From contig JAHDCE010000001.1 of NCBI GenBank assembly GCA_020630045.1, forward strand, positions 1 to 26,490: a DNA stretch of 26,490 bases, read 5' to 3'. This document shows, one piece after another, positions 1 to 8,513 of this stretch. The position numbers were made by a program, and so were the translations under genes. The stretch is from Saprospiraceae bacterium (lineage in GTDB: Bacteria; Bacteroidota; Bacteroidia; Chitinophagales; Saprospiraceae). Positions within the stretch are counted from its first letter, which is position 1, and each line of letters opens with the position of its first letter. The notes beneath the pieces are model-generated. The model saw only the letters and a program-made list of their open reading frames with translations. It did not search any database and had not been told where the DNA came from.

Positions 1-167
1 ACATGAATCGCATCCATGAAAACATCCTCCGCATCCGCACGCGAACAAGAGTCGTACTGTTGTAGCTTTTGTACACAATGTCCAAAGTGTTCGGCAAACA
101 CACGACCCAATGGAGTATTGTCTCCATTTCGAATCTTTGTCAAATCTTGTTCTGAAAGTTGGTGCAT
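1..167 (-). CDS. ECF-type RNA polymerase sigma factor, N-terminal part (runs off the window edge)
   Basis: Not in the ORF track; translated by hand from ATG at 167, with an in-frame TGA two codons upstream of it: MHQLSEQDLTKIRNGDNTPLGRVFAEHFGHCVQKLQQYDSCSRADAEDVFMDAIH. The 'I..GD...L..(V/L)F..H...' and 'DAEDVFMDA' segments match ECF sigma region 1.2/2 (xAEDxxQE/D). Only 55 codons are visible. Confidence 0.7.
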   Translation of the reverse strand, partial: MHQLSEQDLTKIRNGDNTPLGRVFAEHFGHCVQKLQQYDSCSRADAEDVFMDAIH

Positions 168-241
168 CAGCAGTCAGATGTAAACAGCTTCTTAATTGAC
201 CGAGATTCCCTTATTATTTATCAAAGTGGGGAATAGGTAAA

Positions 242-292
242 CATTTGGAAACGAACTTTAACACATGTGCAACAAGTTCTTGTTTCCAAATG
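242..292. repeat. Imperfect nested inverted repeat / hairpin in the divergent intergenic region
   Basis: CATTTGGAAAC (242-252) is the exact reverse complement of GTTTCCAAATG (282-292). Inside, GAACTT (253-258) pairs with AAGTTC (274-279) across a 2-nt bulge. The centre holds the palindrome CACATGTG (262-269). Confidence 0.75.
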
Positions 293-293
293 A

Positions 294-301
294 CAAATAT
301 A
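294..301 (-). promoter_or_regulatory. Putative Bacteroidota sigma-A -7 element (TAnnTTTG) facing the ECF sigma gene
   Basis: Plus-strand CAAATATA reads TATATTTG on the minus strand, about 125 nt upstream of the sigma ATG. No clear -33 TTTG was found. Confidence 0.4.
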
Positions 302-347
302 CGAAGAGGGATGAAAGAATTTTTGCCGGTACTTAGAAGCTGTTCCC

Positions 348-355
348 TATATTTG
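348..355 (+). promoter_or_regulatory. Putative Bacteroidota sigma-A -7 element (TAnnTTTG) facing the TPR-CHAT gene
   Basis: TATATTTG at 348-355. A TTTG lies at 322-325 with a 22-nt spacer, slightly longer than typical. Confidence 0.45.
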
Positions 356-483
356 ACCAACATCATTTCAAAGTTGTGTGCCAAAGGGGATTGAAAACAA
401 ATAAAAAATTTAGAAAAGGAGGCGAGAAAGGTGTTTCTGACCTCTGTTTGACTAGTAAAAAGACGAAGTCTTTTTACATTACA

Positions 484-3400
484 ATGGTTTTGATCTTTTT
501 GAATCTAGCCGCTGTATATCAGATTCACGCCCAAACACCGGCTGAAACCTTAATCGAAAAAGCCACCCAACTGCGTGACTCGGCCGACTATTCGGCTTCC
601 AATATGGAATTGGAAAAAGTACTTGGACTTTTGGCCCATCAAGAGGCTCCGGAACAAAAAATCAAAGTCAGAAACCTCCTTGTGGACAATTATATTTCCT
701 TACGGAAAATGTCAACGGCCGATTCCCTCCTTCAAATTAATATTAAAGAAGCGGAAGCCCGCTTGCCCGCAGACCATTACGAGTACGGAGCTTGTTTGAA
801 TTTGGCAGGGAAAATAAAATTCAATACCGGCAAAGTTTCCGAAGCCTTAGCGTATTTTAATAGAACCAAAGAAATTTGGAAGAAAACACTAAAATCCGAT
901 CACTCGGAATGGCTACGCATTAATGAAAATATAGGCGTTTCCCACGCCCGTATGGGACAACTGGACGAGGCGATCAAACATTTATATGAAGTAGCCGGGA
1001 TAAGAGAAGAATCGCCTGATGTTAATCTTAAAAAATTAGCGACAACCTACAATAATGTCGGGATGTTAAGTCGTGCGACGGGCGATTATGTAAAAGCCTT
1101 GGAATACCTTGAAAAAGCTTTGGATATTCGAAAAAAAATATTTGATGAGAATCATCCTGAAATTGCTTTTTCAAGTAACAACTTAGGAATTTTATATATG
1201 GAATTCGGTTCCTATGAAAGAGCCTTGGGGCTGTTTAATCATTCCCTTGATATAAGGAATCGGCAAGCAGATGTGAATAGATACGAACTGGGGAAGATTA
1301 ATAGTAATATCGGAGTGCTGTACAAAAAAAAAGGACAGTATGAATTGGCTCGGAAATACTTGGAAAATGCAATCGGATTCGTTGAAGAAAGTCCTTCTCC
1401 TAAAGTGTGGGCTTATTACAATAACTTAGGGACGATATGCTTTGTTTTAAAGCAATATGAAGAAGCTGGAATAAACTATGAAAAAGCAAATGATATAATA
1501 TTTGAAAATCCTGATAAGTTTACTTATGAATCGGCTGTTGTGTCATATAATATCAGTGAGTTGAACAAAGCGAAAGGGGATTTCAAAAAGTCAATTAAAA
1601 ATAGTGAATTTGCAATAAATACCTATAGCCGTTTCTTTTCTTCCAATCATCCAAATGTGCTAAAGTCCAAAAAGCATTTAGCGGATATTTATTTAGAAAA
1701 TCAAGAATTGGAAAAAGCTTCCGGTTTATTGGACGAAATCATTGATAGCGTTGAAGTTAGGGACTTTGTATCCTGGTGGGTAGCCTTGGAGGTTTTGAAT
1801 TTGAAAACGGACCTACATTTGATGAAATACAAGGAGTCAGGCGAAGTGGAGTGGCTTGAATCCTCCTTGGAAATATTGGAGCGCGGAGATAGCTTAATCT
1901 CCGAATTACAGTTTTATTCTCACGAAGACGAAGATCGGTTGAAACTGAACGAGTCGTTGTCTTCATGGTATAAATCCGCTATGGACGTGAATGCCGGATT
2001 ATATCAACAAAAAGCGAGTGATTCCTGCTTGGGAAAAATGTTTGGGTATGTCGAAAAAAGCAAGGCCAATACATTAATGCAATCCATTCGATCCAATGAA
2101 GCATTGAGGTTTTCCGGTGTCCCGGAAAATATGTTGGAACAGGAAGGCGATTTGTCCAAAGAAATTCGTTATCTAGAATCCAAGTTGAGTGCTGCTTTAT
2201 TAAAAAAGGATTCGGTAAAAATTGCAAGATATGAGCGAAAACTGTTCAATAAAAAAGAAGGATATTCGGCACTGATTAATCAATTGGAAATCGACTGTCC
2301 CGAATATTTTGAATTGAAATATAAGCCTGATGATATTTCCTTGGAAAAAGTAAAAAATAACTTAGAACAAGATGAAGTATTATTGCAATATTATCTTTCA
2401 GATACTCTCTTGTATGTGCTGAAAATAACAGTTGATAATGCCCAACTGTTTTCCTTGGATGTCGGAATCGGATTTACTGATTCAGTGGCTCATTTTATTA
2501 CAATAATTACGGAAGGAAAAAGGAGTTTCGATCCACTATTATATGAAAATGAATTAAATGTTTTTTCAAAACAATCCAGACACTTTTATAAATTGGTATT
2601 GGAACCCTTGCTTCCCGATGTTTCCGCCTACAAGCGTTTGATTATTTTGCCGGATGGAATACTACACTACATGCCATTTGATGTCTTACTGACAGATGAT
2701 GTGAAAGAAGAAATGAAGGTGTATAATTCATTACCATATTTGATTAAACGTGTTCCGATTACATACGGGATTTCGGCAAATATCCTGTTTCGTGAAAATC
2801 GTACTTCGGATTGGAATGACAACAGCCCCTATCTTGGCTTTGCAGCTGACTATAAAAATACTGAATTGGTCGAGTTACCCGCAGCCCAAAAGGGGGTGTT
2901 GCAATTGGCAGATAAACTAGGAGGGCAAGCGATTGTTGGCCCTGCCGCCACAAAAAAACGATTCACGGATTTGGCGGAAAGTAGTAGGGTACTTCACTTG
3001 GCATTACATGGTATTCTCTCTGATGAAACCCCGATGTTGTCAGCGCTTGAGTTTTCAATGAACACGGACACCACCCAATCGGCCAAATTGACCGTACAGG
3101 AAATCTATAATTTAAATGTCCGGGCAGAATTGGTGGTTCTAGGTGCCTGCCAAACCGGAACAGGGGCCATTCGCAAAGGAGAAGGAGTGATGAGTATCGG
3201 AAGGGCCTTCTCATATGCCGGCGGCACAGGAATGGTCATGAGCCTTTGGAGTGTTCCCGAGTGGCAAACCACAAAGATTGTCGATGATTTTTTCAATGGC
3301 ATATTTCAAAACTTGTCCAAAGATGAAGCCCTTAGACAAGCTAAACTGAATTATCTGCAAAATACACCCCCTCGCACGGCCCATCCCGTATTTTGGGCAG

Positions 3401-3537
3401 GTATGAACTATTCGGGGCATCCCGCTCCCATTACATTCGAGCGAAAATCGAATCACTGGATGTGGATGCTTGGAGGAGTCTTTACTATTTTAGCATTCAT
3501 TTTGTTCCAAATTGTCCGGAAGCACCCCAAAATTTAA
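484..3537 (+). CDS. TPR-repeat + CHAT (caspase/HetF-like peptidase) domain protein with signal peptide and C-terminal membrane anchor
   Basis: The ORF is open from 376, but ATG 484 gives a signal-peptide-like start (MVLIFLNLAAVYQIHA-Q). It has many TPR-type helices (e.g. ATTYNNVGMLSRATGDYVKALEYLEKALDIR, IAFSSNNLGILYMEFGSYERAL). CHAT motifs are LIILPDGILHYMPFDVL, VLHLALHG (His), LVVLGACQTG (Cys), SLWSV and HPVFWAG. A hydrophobic WMWMLGGVFTILAFILFQIV segment is followed by RKHPKI. Confidence 0.9.
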   Translation: MVLIFLNLAAVYQIHAQTPAETLIEKATQLRDSADYSASNMELEKVLGLLAHQEAPEQKIKVRNLLVDNYISLRKMSTADSLLQINIKEAEARLPADHYEYGACLNLAGKIKFNTGKVSEALAYFNRTKEIWKKTLKSDHSEWLRINENIGVSHARMGQLDEAIKHLYEVAGIREESPDVNLKKLATTYNNVGMLSRATGDYVKALEYLEKALDIRKKIFDENHPEIAFSSNNLGILYMEFGSYERALGLFNHSLDIRNRQADVNRYELGKINSNIGVLYKKKGQYELARKYLENAIGFVEESPSPKVWAYYNNLGTICFVLKQYEEAGINYEKANDIIFENPDKFTYESAVVSYNISELNKAKGDFKKSIKNSEFAINTYSRFFSSNHPNVLKSKKHLADIYLENQELEKASGLLDEIIDSVEVRDFVSWWVALEVLNLKTDLHLMKYKESGEVEWLESSLEILERGDSLISELQFYSHEDEDRLKLNESLSSWYKSAMDVNAGLYQQKASDSCLGKMFGYVEKSKANTLMQSIRSNEALRFSGVPENMLEQEGDLSKEIRYLESKLSAALLKKDSVKIARYERKLFNKKEGYSALINQLEIDCPEYFELKYKPDDISLEKVKNNLEQDEVLLQYYLSDTLLYVLKITVDNAQLFSLDVGIGFTDSVAHFITIITEGKRSFDPLLYENELNVFSKQSRHFYKLVLEPLLPDVSAYKRLIILPDGILHYMPFDVLLTDDVKEEMKVYNSLPYLIKRVPITYGISANILFRENRTSDWNDNSPYLGFAADYKNTELVELPAAQKGVLQLADKLGGQAIVGPAATKKRFTDLAESSRVLHLALHGILSDETPMLSALEFSMNTDTTQSAKLTVQEIYNLNVRAELVVLGACQTGTGAIRKGEGVMSIGRAFSYAGGTGMVMSLWSVPEWQTTKIVDDFFNGIFQNLSKDEALRQAKLNYLQNTPPRTAHPVFWAGMNYSGHPAPITFERKSNHWMWMLGGVFTILAFILFQIVRKHPKI

Positions 3538-3686
3538 AAAAGTCAGGCACGGAAATAAAAAAAATCGCTTCTTGTGTTTACCTTTTAAGATTCCCATAAC
3601 ATAAGAGGAAATACCCGACAAAAAATTGCAACCCGATTCAAGTAAGGAACGGTCAAAAAATAAATTCGATAAATTGATACTTTGGA

Positions 3687-3764
3687 TTTTGGATTTAGAC
3701 AAGGCAAAAAACGTAGGCGACGCAGCGCGTCGGCGAGGCTTTTTAACGAAGTATAAATTCAAAA
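3687..3764 (+). ncRNA. Flavo-1-like structured RNA / repeat element
   Basis: An outer stem pairs TTTTGGATTTAGAC (3687-3700) with GTATAAATTCAAAA (3751-3764), with one mismatch and one G-U. An internal loop AAGGC / AACGAA precedes an A-tract/T-tract stem and the terminal hairpin CGACGC-AGC-GCGTCG. The layout GAC-AAGGC...AAC-GAA-GT matches my recollection of the Flavo-1 motif of Bacteroidota; the family name needs an Rfam search. Confidence 0.55.
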
Positions 3765-3843
3765 GACACATTAGCAAATGTCGAACTTATTATTTGAACG
3801 TTCCTAAAACACAACAAGCTAGCGAACGGTTAAAAACATCATT

Positions 3844-4581
3844 ATGCAATTAAAACCACGACGAATCAAAATACTTACCTTCCATTTCATCATTGCGATA
3901 GGCCTACTTTTGCCACTCGATACCATTGCTCAAGATGAAGAGCCGACGCTTCTAGAACAAGCTACGGTAGGCTCGGAACCGGAGATGCACAATTGGGCCA
4001 TCGGTTTGAAATTGGGTACGATGGGGGTAGGTTTGGACATTTCTCGAAGAATCAACAACTCCCTAGGCATCCGGGTCGGAGGTTCTTTTCTAAGGACTAA
4101 AATCGACCAATTCAGTGATAGCTTCAAAGCCTTCTTGACTCGTGAAGTACAACTGGCCGGCGGTAACTTGTTCTTGGATTACTATCCCGGAAAAAATCTG
4201 GAAAAAAGAAAATTCCACCTCACCTTCGGAGCGATTTACAACGCATCTCGAATCAATATTACCGGCGATCCCGACAATGACGAATACCTGATCGGAGATT
4301 ACCAAGTGACAAGAGGGGAAATCGGAAGCATCTTCCTGGAAGCGAACCCCGGATTGAAAATCAATCCTTATTTGGGTATCGGAATCGGGCAATTGCCAAG
4401 TGTGAAACGCTTGTCCTACAACCTGGATTTAGGAGTGATGTACGCCGGTAAGCCATCCATCTCCCTAGATGCCTCGGGTATGGTGACACCGACCGGCGAA
4501 CAAGACGCTCAGGTGGAAGAAAACATGAAGTGGTTAAGGATCATTCCTTATATCACCTTACAATTAGCATACAATTTTTAA
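3844..4581 (+). CDS. Hypothetical outer-membrane beta-barrel protein
   Basis: Signal peptide ending TIA-Q; alternating amphipathic strands (GLKLGTMGVGLDISRR, LGIRVGGS, NLFLDYYP, PYLGIGIG, YNLDLGVMY); C-terminal aromatic residue (ITLQLAYNF), a typical BAM signal. Confidence 0.75.
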   Translation: MQLKPRRIKILTFHFIIAIGLLLPLDTIAQDEEPTLLEQATVGSEPEMHNWAIGLKLGTMGVGLDISRRINNSLGIRVGGSFLRTKIDQFSDSFKAFLTREVQLAGGNLFLDYYPGKNLEKRKFHLTFGAIYNASRINITGDPDNDEYLIGDYQVTRGEIGSIFLEANPGLKINPYLGIGIGQLPSVKRLSYNLDLGVMYAGKPSISLDASGMVTPTGEQDAQVEENMKWLRIIPYITLQLAYNF

Positions 4582-4641
4582 TGAGGAATTTAATCTCTTC
4601 AGAATCGGCGATTCTGAAGAATCATCTATTACAGTAGAGTT

Positions 4642-6246
4642 ATGAAAAGGATTAAAATATTTTTATTGATGGCTTGTTCCATCATGCTTTGGAACTCCTG
4701 CGAGAAATTAGACCCATTGAACGAAGTCGATTTGATCGTAGATGCGAATCTCATCAAAACGACTGTCAATATCATGTTCGTAGATGCCAAAACCCGGGAA
4801 CCCATCGGCTTTGGAACGGACAAGGTGATTCAAGTGACCGTCCACGGAGCGAATCGAGATGATGTCGTAGATGTGACCGGTATCCAAAAAGAAGTTTATA
4901 GGACAGCCGGTGGTTTCGTCGGTGTCGGACTAGAACCCGATGTCGTTCCGACCGAAGCGAATCCGGTCAATTTTACCTTAGTGGCGCATACTTCCGGGTA
5001 TTTCAGTACGAGTGTGCCGGTTGTACTTGGACAAGAATCACATGAAACCCTCGAAGTACCCATGGTGGCTTACGACAATCCACCGGAAGGGGTCACGATA
5101 GCTACTCGGATCAATACCACTGCTGTCGGTGGTGTCATCCAAACAGAGGCGACTGTCGTTACGCCTGTTGTTGCGGCGACCAATACCAAGGCGGAGGTCA
5201 TTATCCCCGAAGGTATTACCATGACGGATGCCGATGGCAATCCGCTCCAAGGAGAAATCAAAACCCGGGTCGGTTATTTTTCTAATGTCGGAGACGCTTC
5301 TTTACAAGCATTCCCGGGAGGATTGACCACCAATGTCAACGATGGAGGTCTTCAAGAAGAAATCAATTTCTTCTCGGCAGGTTTTGTCGCCATCGAAATT
5401 ACAGATGAAAATGGACGTGCCGCCAAGAACTTCAGTGGTGGAACGGTTCAGTTATCCGTTGAAATCGCTGCGGATACATACAATCCGGATACGGAAATGC
5501 CCGTACAGCCCGGAGATATCATTCCATTGTGGAGTTATGATGAAGAAACCGGTGAATGGTTCAAAGAAAGTGAAGTAGCCATTTCGGGCCCACTACCCAA
5601 CGGCAACCTTTTGGCTACCGGCCAACTCGAGCATCTTTCCTACTGGAACTGGGACTGGAAATGGGGTTGGGTCTGTTGGTGGGGCGCTCAGCTCGGACTT
5701 CGCAGTAACGAATTTACGGGTTGGTTTTCAGGTCGTATTTATGCTTATCGTGTTTGGGATAACGCACTGTTGAAGTGTTCCTTTATCCGGGATTTCGTAG
5801 GAGATAATATTCGATTGTTGCGTGTGCCGGGAGGTATGCCTGTCCGATTCGAAATATACGATTTGTGTGGGGGGCTAATGGGCTCCACTGTCGTGAATAA
5901 CCTTTGTGATGGAGGATTACATCCCATTGATTTGGCCGCTCCATGCGGAGGAGGCAATGTCCTTCAACCCGTTAATATCCGCTTGAGCGGAATTTGTGAA
6001 AATCGTCCGGGGGTAGTTATTCGCCCATCTACTGTTTTCTGGTATTACAATATGAACAGGAATATCTGGAGCGTCGGATTTTTGACCAACGGTCTAGCGA
6101 CGGTTAACGTATTTGTCGGTGAACCATATTTAGTTGCGGTTTACCACAACAATCAACTTTATCAATATCAAGTGACGCCTTCTAGTACGGATGACGTCAT
6201 ACTGGAAAATATATTACTGACGGCAGCACAATGTAATCAGTTGTAG
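4642..6246 (+). CDS. Lipoprotein of unknown function with HLS-YWNWD motif and Cys-rich C-terminal region
   Basis: Lipoprotein signal MKRIKIFLLMACSIMLWNS-C; beta-rich N-terminal domains; IPLWSYDEETGEW followed by HLSYWNWD (H at 5632); seven Cys downstream of the motif. Lies 60 bp after the barrel gene on the same strand. Confidence 0.75.
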   Translation: MKRIKIFLLMACSIMLWNSCEKLDPLNEVDLIVDANLIKTTVNIMFVDAKTREPIGFGTDKVIQVTVHGANRDDVVDVTGIQKEVYRTAGGFVGVGLEPDVVPTEANPVNFTLVAHTSGYFSTSVPVVLGQESHETLEVPMVAYDNPPEGVTIATRINTTAVGGVIQTEATVVTPVVAATNTKAEVIIPEGITMTDADGNPLQGEIKTRVGYFSNVGDASLQAFPGGLTTNVNDGGLQEEINFFSAGFVAIEITDENGRAAKNFSGGTVQLSVEIAADTYNPDTEMPVQPGDIIPLWSYDEETGEWFKESEVAISGPLPNGNLLATGQLEHLSYWNWDWKWGWVCWWGAQLGLRSNEFTGWFSGRIYAYRVWDNALLKCSFIRDFVGDNIRLLRVPGGMPVRFEIYDLCGGLMGSTVVNNLCDGGLHPIDLAAPCGGGNVLQPVNIRLSGICENRPGVVIRPSTVFWYYNMNRNIWSVGFLTNGLATVNVFVGEPYLVAVYHNNQLYQYQVTPSSTDDVILENILLTAAQCNQL

Positions 6247-6339
6247 CGTCGCTAACTAAGATTTGTTTTCAATCAATACCCTTGTCCCGCCATCGAAGTC
6301 TCGATGAGCGGGACATTTTATTGGATTGGTATTAGTCCC

Positions 6340-8034
6340 TTATTTCCTTCCACCGCCTTCACCTCGTCCCCGAATGCCTCTGTTTCCATTTTTTGGTGGT
6401 TCGGGAGCGGTCTCCGACTTAGGAGCTTCTCCGCCGAATTGGGGTTCGACTACAGCTTCCAATGTCCAATTTTTACGGAGTTCATCCAGTGTTTTTACAA
6501 ATATTTTTTCAGGTTGTAACCCCTTATCATAATCACCGCTGTCCTTTTTACCATTCCTGTTGATGTCCTCGATAATCGTAAGTTGGTATTTCCCTGCGGG
6601 AAGGGTTTTGTAGGTTTGAATAAAAGCCGTGTCGCTTTCGACGACCACTTTATCCAACAACTCGTCTTTCGGAGTCCTTAACTCCAATACATATTGAATC
6701 GTACTGTCCGGAAACAATACTTTTAAATTCATTTCTCCGAATTCCTCATCACCCAACACCTTTACCGGCTGAATGAGTGTATCATGTGTTTGTCCGAATA
6801 TATCCGTAACACAGCCCGGTAAAAATTCAAGGATATATTTCTTTTCTGCTTGATAAGCCAATGTGATTTGAAGGAGCCGTTCCTCCGATCCGACTTCAAG
6901 GATTTTTTCCCCTAGGTACGGAACCGAATCCACTAAGACTTGAAGTAGGGAAGTATCCACTTTCGCAATGGGACGCTCAAACTCTATTTTTGCATATCCC
7001 TTGGTGTGTATTTCTTGGGTCGACCGATTGTCCCTAGGCGTCAATTCTCCCTTCGTTTTGAAAGGAGGTATTTTAAATTCAACGGTATCTTTTAAGTTTT
7101 CCTTATCGGAAATATATATCGTCCTTTCCTGTAAAGTCGCCGTGTCCGCATACCAGATAATGATAGAATCCTTGACCACTTCCGTATAATATTGGTCGAA
7201 TGCCTCACTCACATCAACATCCACAGTACTAGGAGGTTGATTGAATTCCATCCTTATCTTTCCATACTCCCGGTCTTCATAATCGACAAAACTCATCGGA
7301 AGGTCTTCCTCGAACAAAGACAAGGAAATAGACAATTTGGAAGAATCCGTAATGATGATGGGGTCTTTTTGGAATGCGATTTTCTCATTCGGTAAATCGA
7401 ACTGATAATTGTAATTATTGTCCACCAATCCGAATATTCGGAAGGTGTCCGATTTTAAATAATTAAACTTGAATTGGCCGCTCGCATCGGTTTTGGTAAA
7501 ATAATAAGGTCGTGAAGTTCTAATCACGCTGTCCGCTAAATTTTCATACAATAATACATATGCGTCTTTGGCCGGTTGTTTGGTCGCCAAGTCCACTACC
7601 TTTCCAGAAATGCTTAGAGAGTCCAGGGTCGGTCCGGTGGAAAATACGAATTGCATATCAGGCGGAACATTACCTTCCGTCAAATCTTTGATGGCATTTC
7701 CGAAGTTAATAATATAAGTCGTGTTGGGTTTCAATTCTTCGGATTCATCGAAGGTCACTGTCACCGTTTTTTTCCTGAGTTTGATTTCAGGACGTTTGTC
7801 CATCGGAGGAGAAATGACTACTTGGTTAAAAGCATCTGTCAAGGTTATCCATTCGTCAAAAGTCAAGCTGATCTCCCGATCCGTAAAATTTGTGGATGGA
7901 CTTGGTGTAGAAGTCAAAGAATCCAGTTTGGGAGGTGAAACATCTCTAGGGCCTCCTTGTGGCATCGACGGATTAGCACATCCGAACCAAGCAGTCACAA
8001 TACAGAAGACAAGGAATTTGAAAATGAATCGCAT
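6340..8034 (-). CDS. Ig-like (Big_5-type) domain lipoprotein conserved in Bacteroidota
   Basis: Lipobox FG-C followed by ANPSMPQGGPRDVSPP; ISLTFDEWI, LKPNTTYIINFGNAIKDLTEGN and FVFSTG are typical of this family; transthyretin/carboxypeptidase-regulatory-like repeats (ISGKVVD, GKYQLTIIEDINRNGKKDSG). Confidence 0.85.
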   Translation of the reverse strand: MRFIFKFLVFCIVTAWFGCANPSMPQGGPRDVSPPKLDSLTSTPSPSTNFTDREISLTFDEWITLTDAFNQVVISPPMDKRPEIKLRKKTVTVTFDESEELKPNTTYIINFGNAIKDLTEGNVPPDMQFVFSTGPTLDSLSISGKVVDLATKQPAKDAYVLLYENLADSVIRTSRPYYFTKTDASGQFKFNYLKSDTFRIFGLVDNNYNYQFDLPNEKIAFQKDPIIITDSSKLSISLSLFEEDLPMSFVDYEDREYGKIRMEFNQPPSTVDVDVSEAFDQYYTEVVKDSIIIWYADTATLQERTIYISDKENLKDTVEFKIPPFKTKGELTPRDNRSTQEIHTKGYAKIEFERPIAKVDTSLLQVLVDSVPYLGEKILEVGSEERLLQITLAYQAEKKYILEFLPGCVTDIFGQTHDTLIQPVKVLGDEEFGEMNLKVLFPDSTIQYVLELRTPKDELLDKVVVESDTAFIQTYKTLPAGKYQLTIIEDINRNGKKDSGDYDKGLQPEKIFVKTLDELRKNWTLEAVVEPQFGGEAPKSETAPEPPKNGNRGIRGRGEGGGRK

Positions 8035-8072
8035 TAATGATATTTAAACTTCCGTGATAGAACGAAAAGGGG

Positions 8073-8080
8073 CAAAGTTA
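8073..8080 (-). promoter_or_regulatory. Putative -7 element (TAACTTTG) for the Ig-like lipoprotein gene
   Basis: Plus-strand CAAAGTTA reads TAACTTTG on the minus strand, 38 nt upstream of ATG 8034. No -33 box was seen. Confidence 0.5.
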
Positions 8081-8513
8081 TGGTTTGAATATTATTATGA
8101 CCTAGTACTTCATCATACTTTTACTCCAAATGACAGATGTGAAATTAAAAAAGATGTCTTGGCTTAAGGAGGTAGAGTTGAAGAAAACAAAAAACTAATC
8201 CATCCTATTGGGTTATCGGAAAGTTATGATGGAGAAAAGTATTTTTTAAAAGCAAAAAAAATCATATCATTGAACTTGTTTATGAATGATCACATGGGGG
8301 ATGAATCTGGATGTTGTATTGATTTAAAGCACGAGAATAGCCTGGTACTCCTAGGCAAAACTTTTCAAAACACAGGATTAATATAAAAGAGGATTTTGCG
8401 AGCATGTGAGCTATTTTTAAACAAGTTTGATTTGGGTGGTTCCGGGGTGCCCGGATTTTTCCTAGACAAGTTCCTGAAAAAGAATTGCCCTGAATACAAA
8501 TTATATCTCAATA

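Noticed and set aside
376-3537. TPR-CHAT as part of a type III-E CRISPR or other anti-phage defence island
   Set aside because: There are no cas genes, array or other defence genes nearby, and the signal peptide plus membrane anchor point to envelope signalling.
8170-8390. Roughly 70-codon stop-free stretch in the 8035-8513 intergenic region
   Set aside because: It has no start codon near its 5' end (the first ATG leaves about 33 codons) and no recognisable motif.
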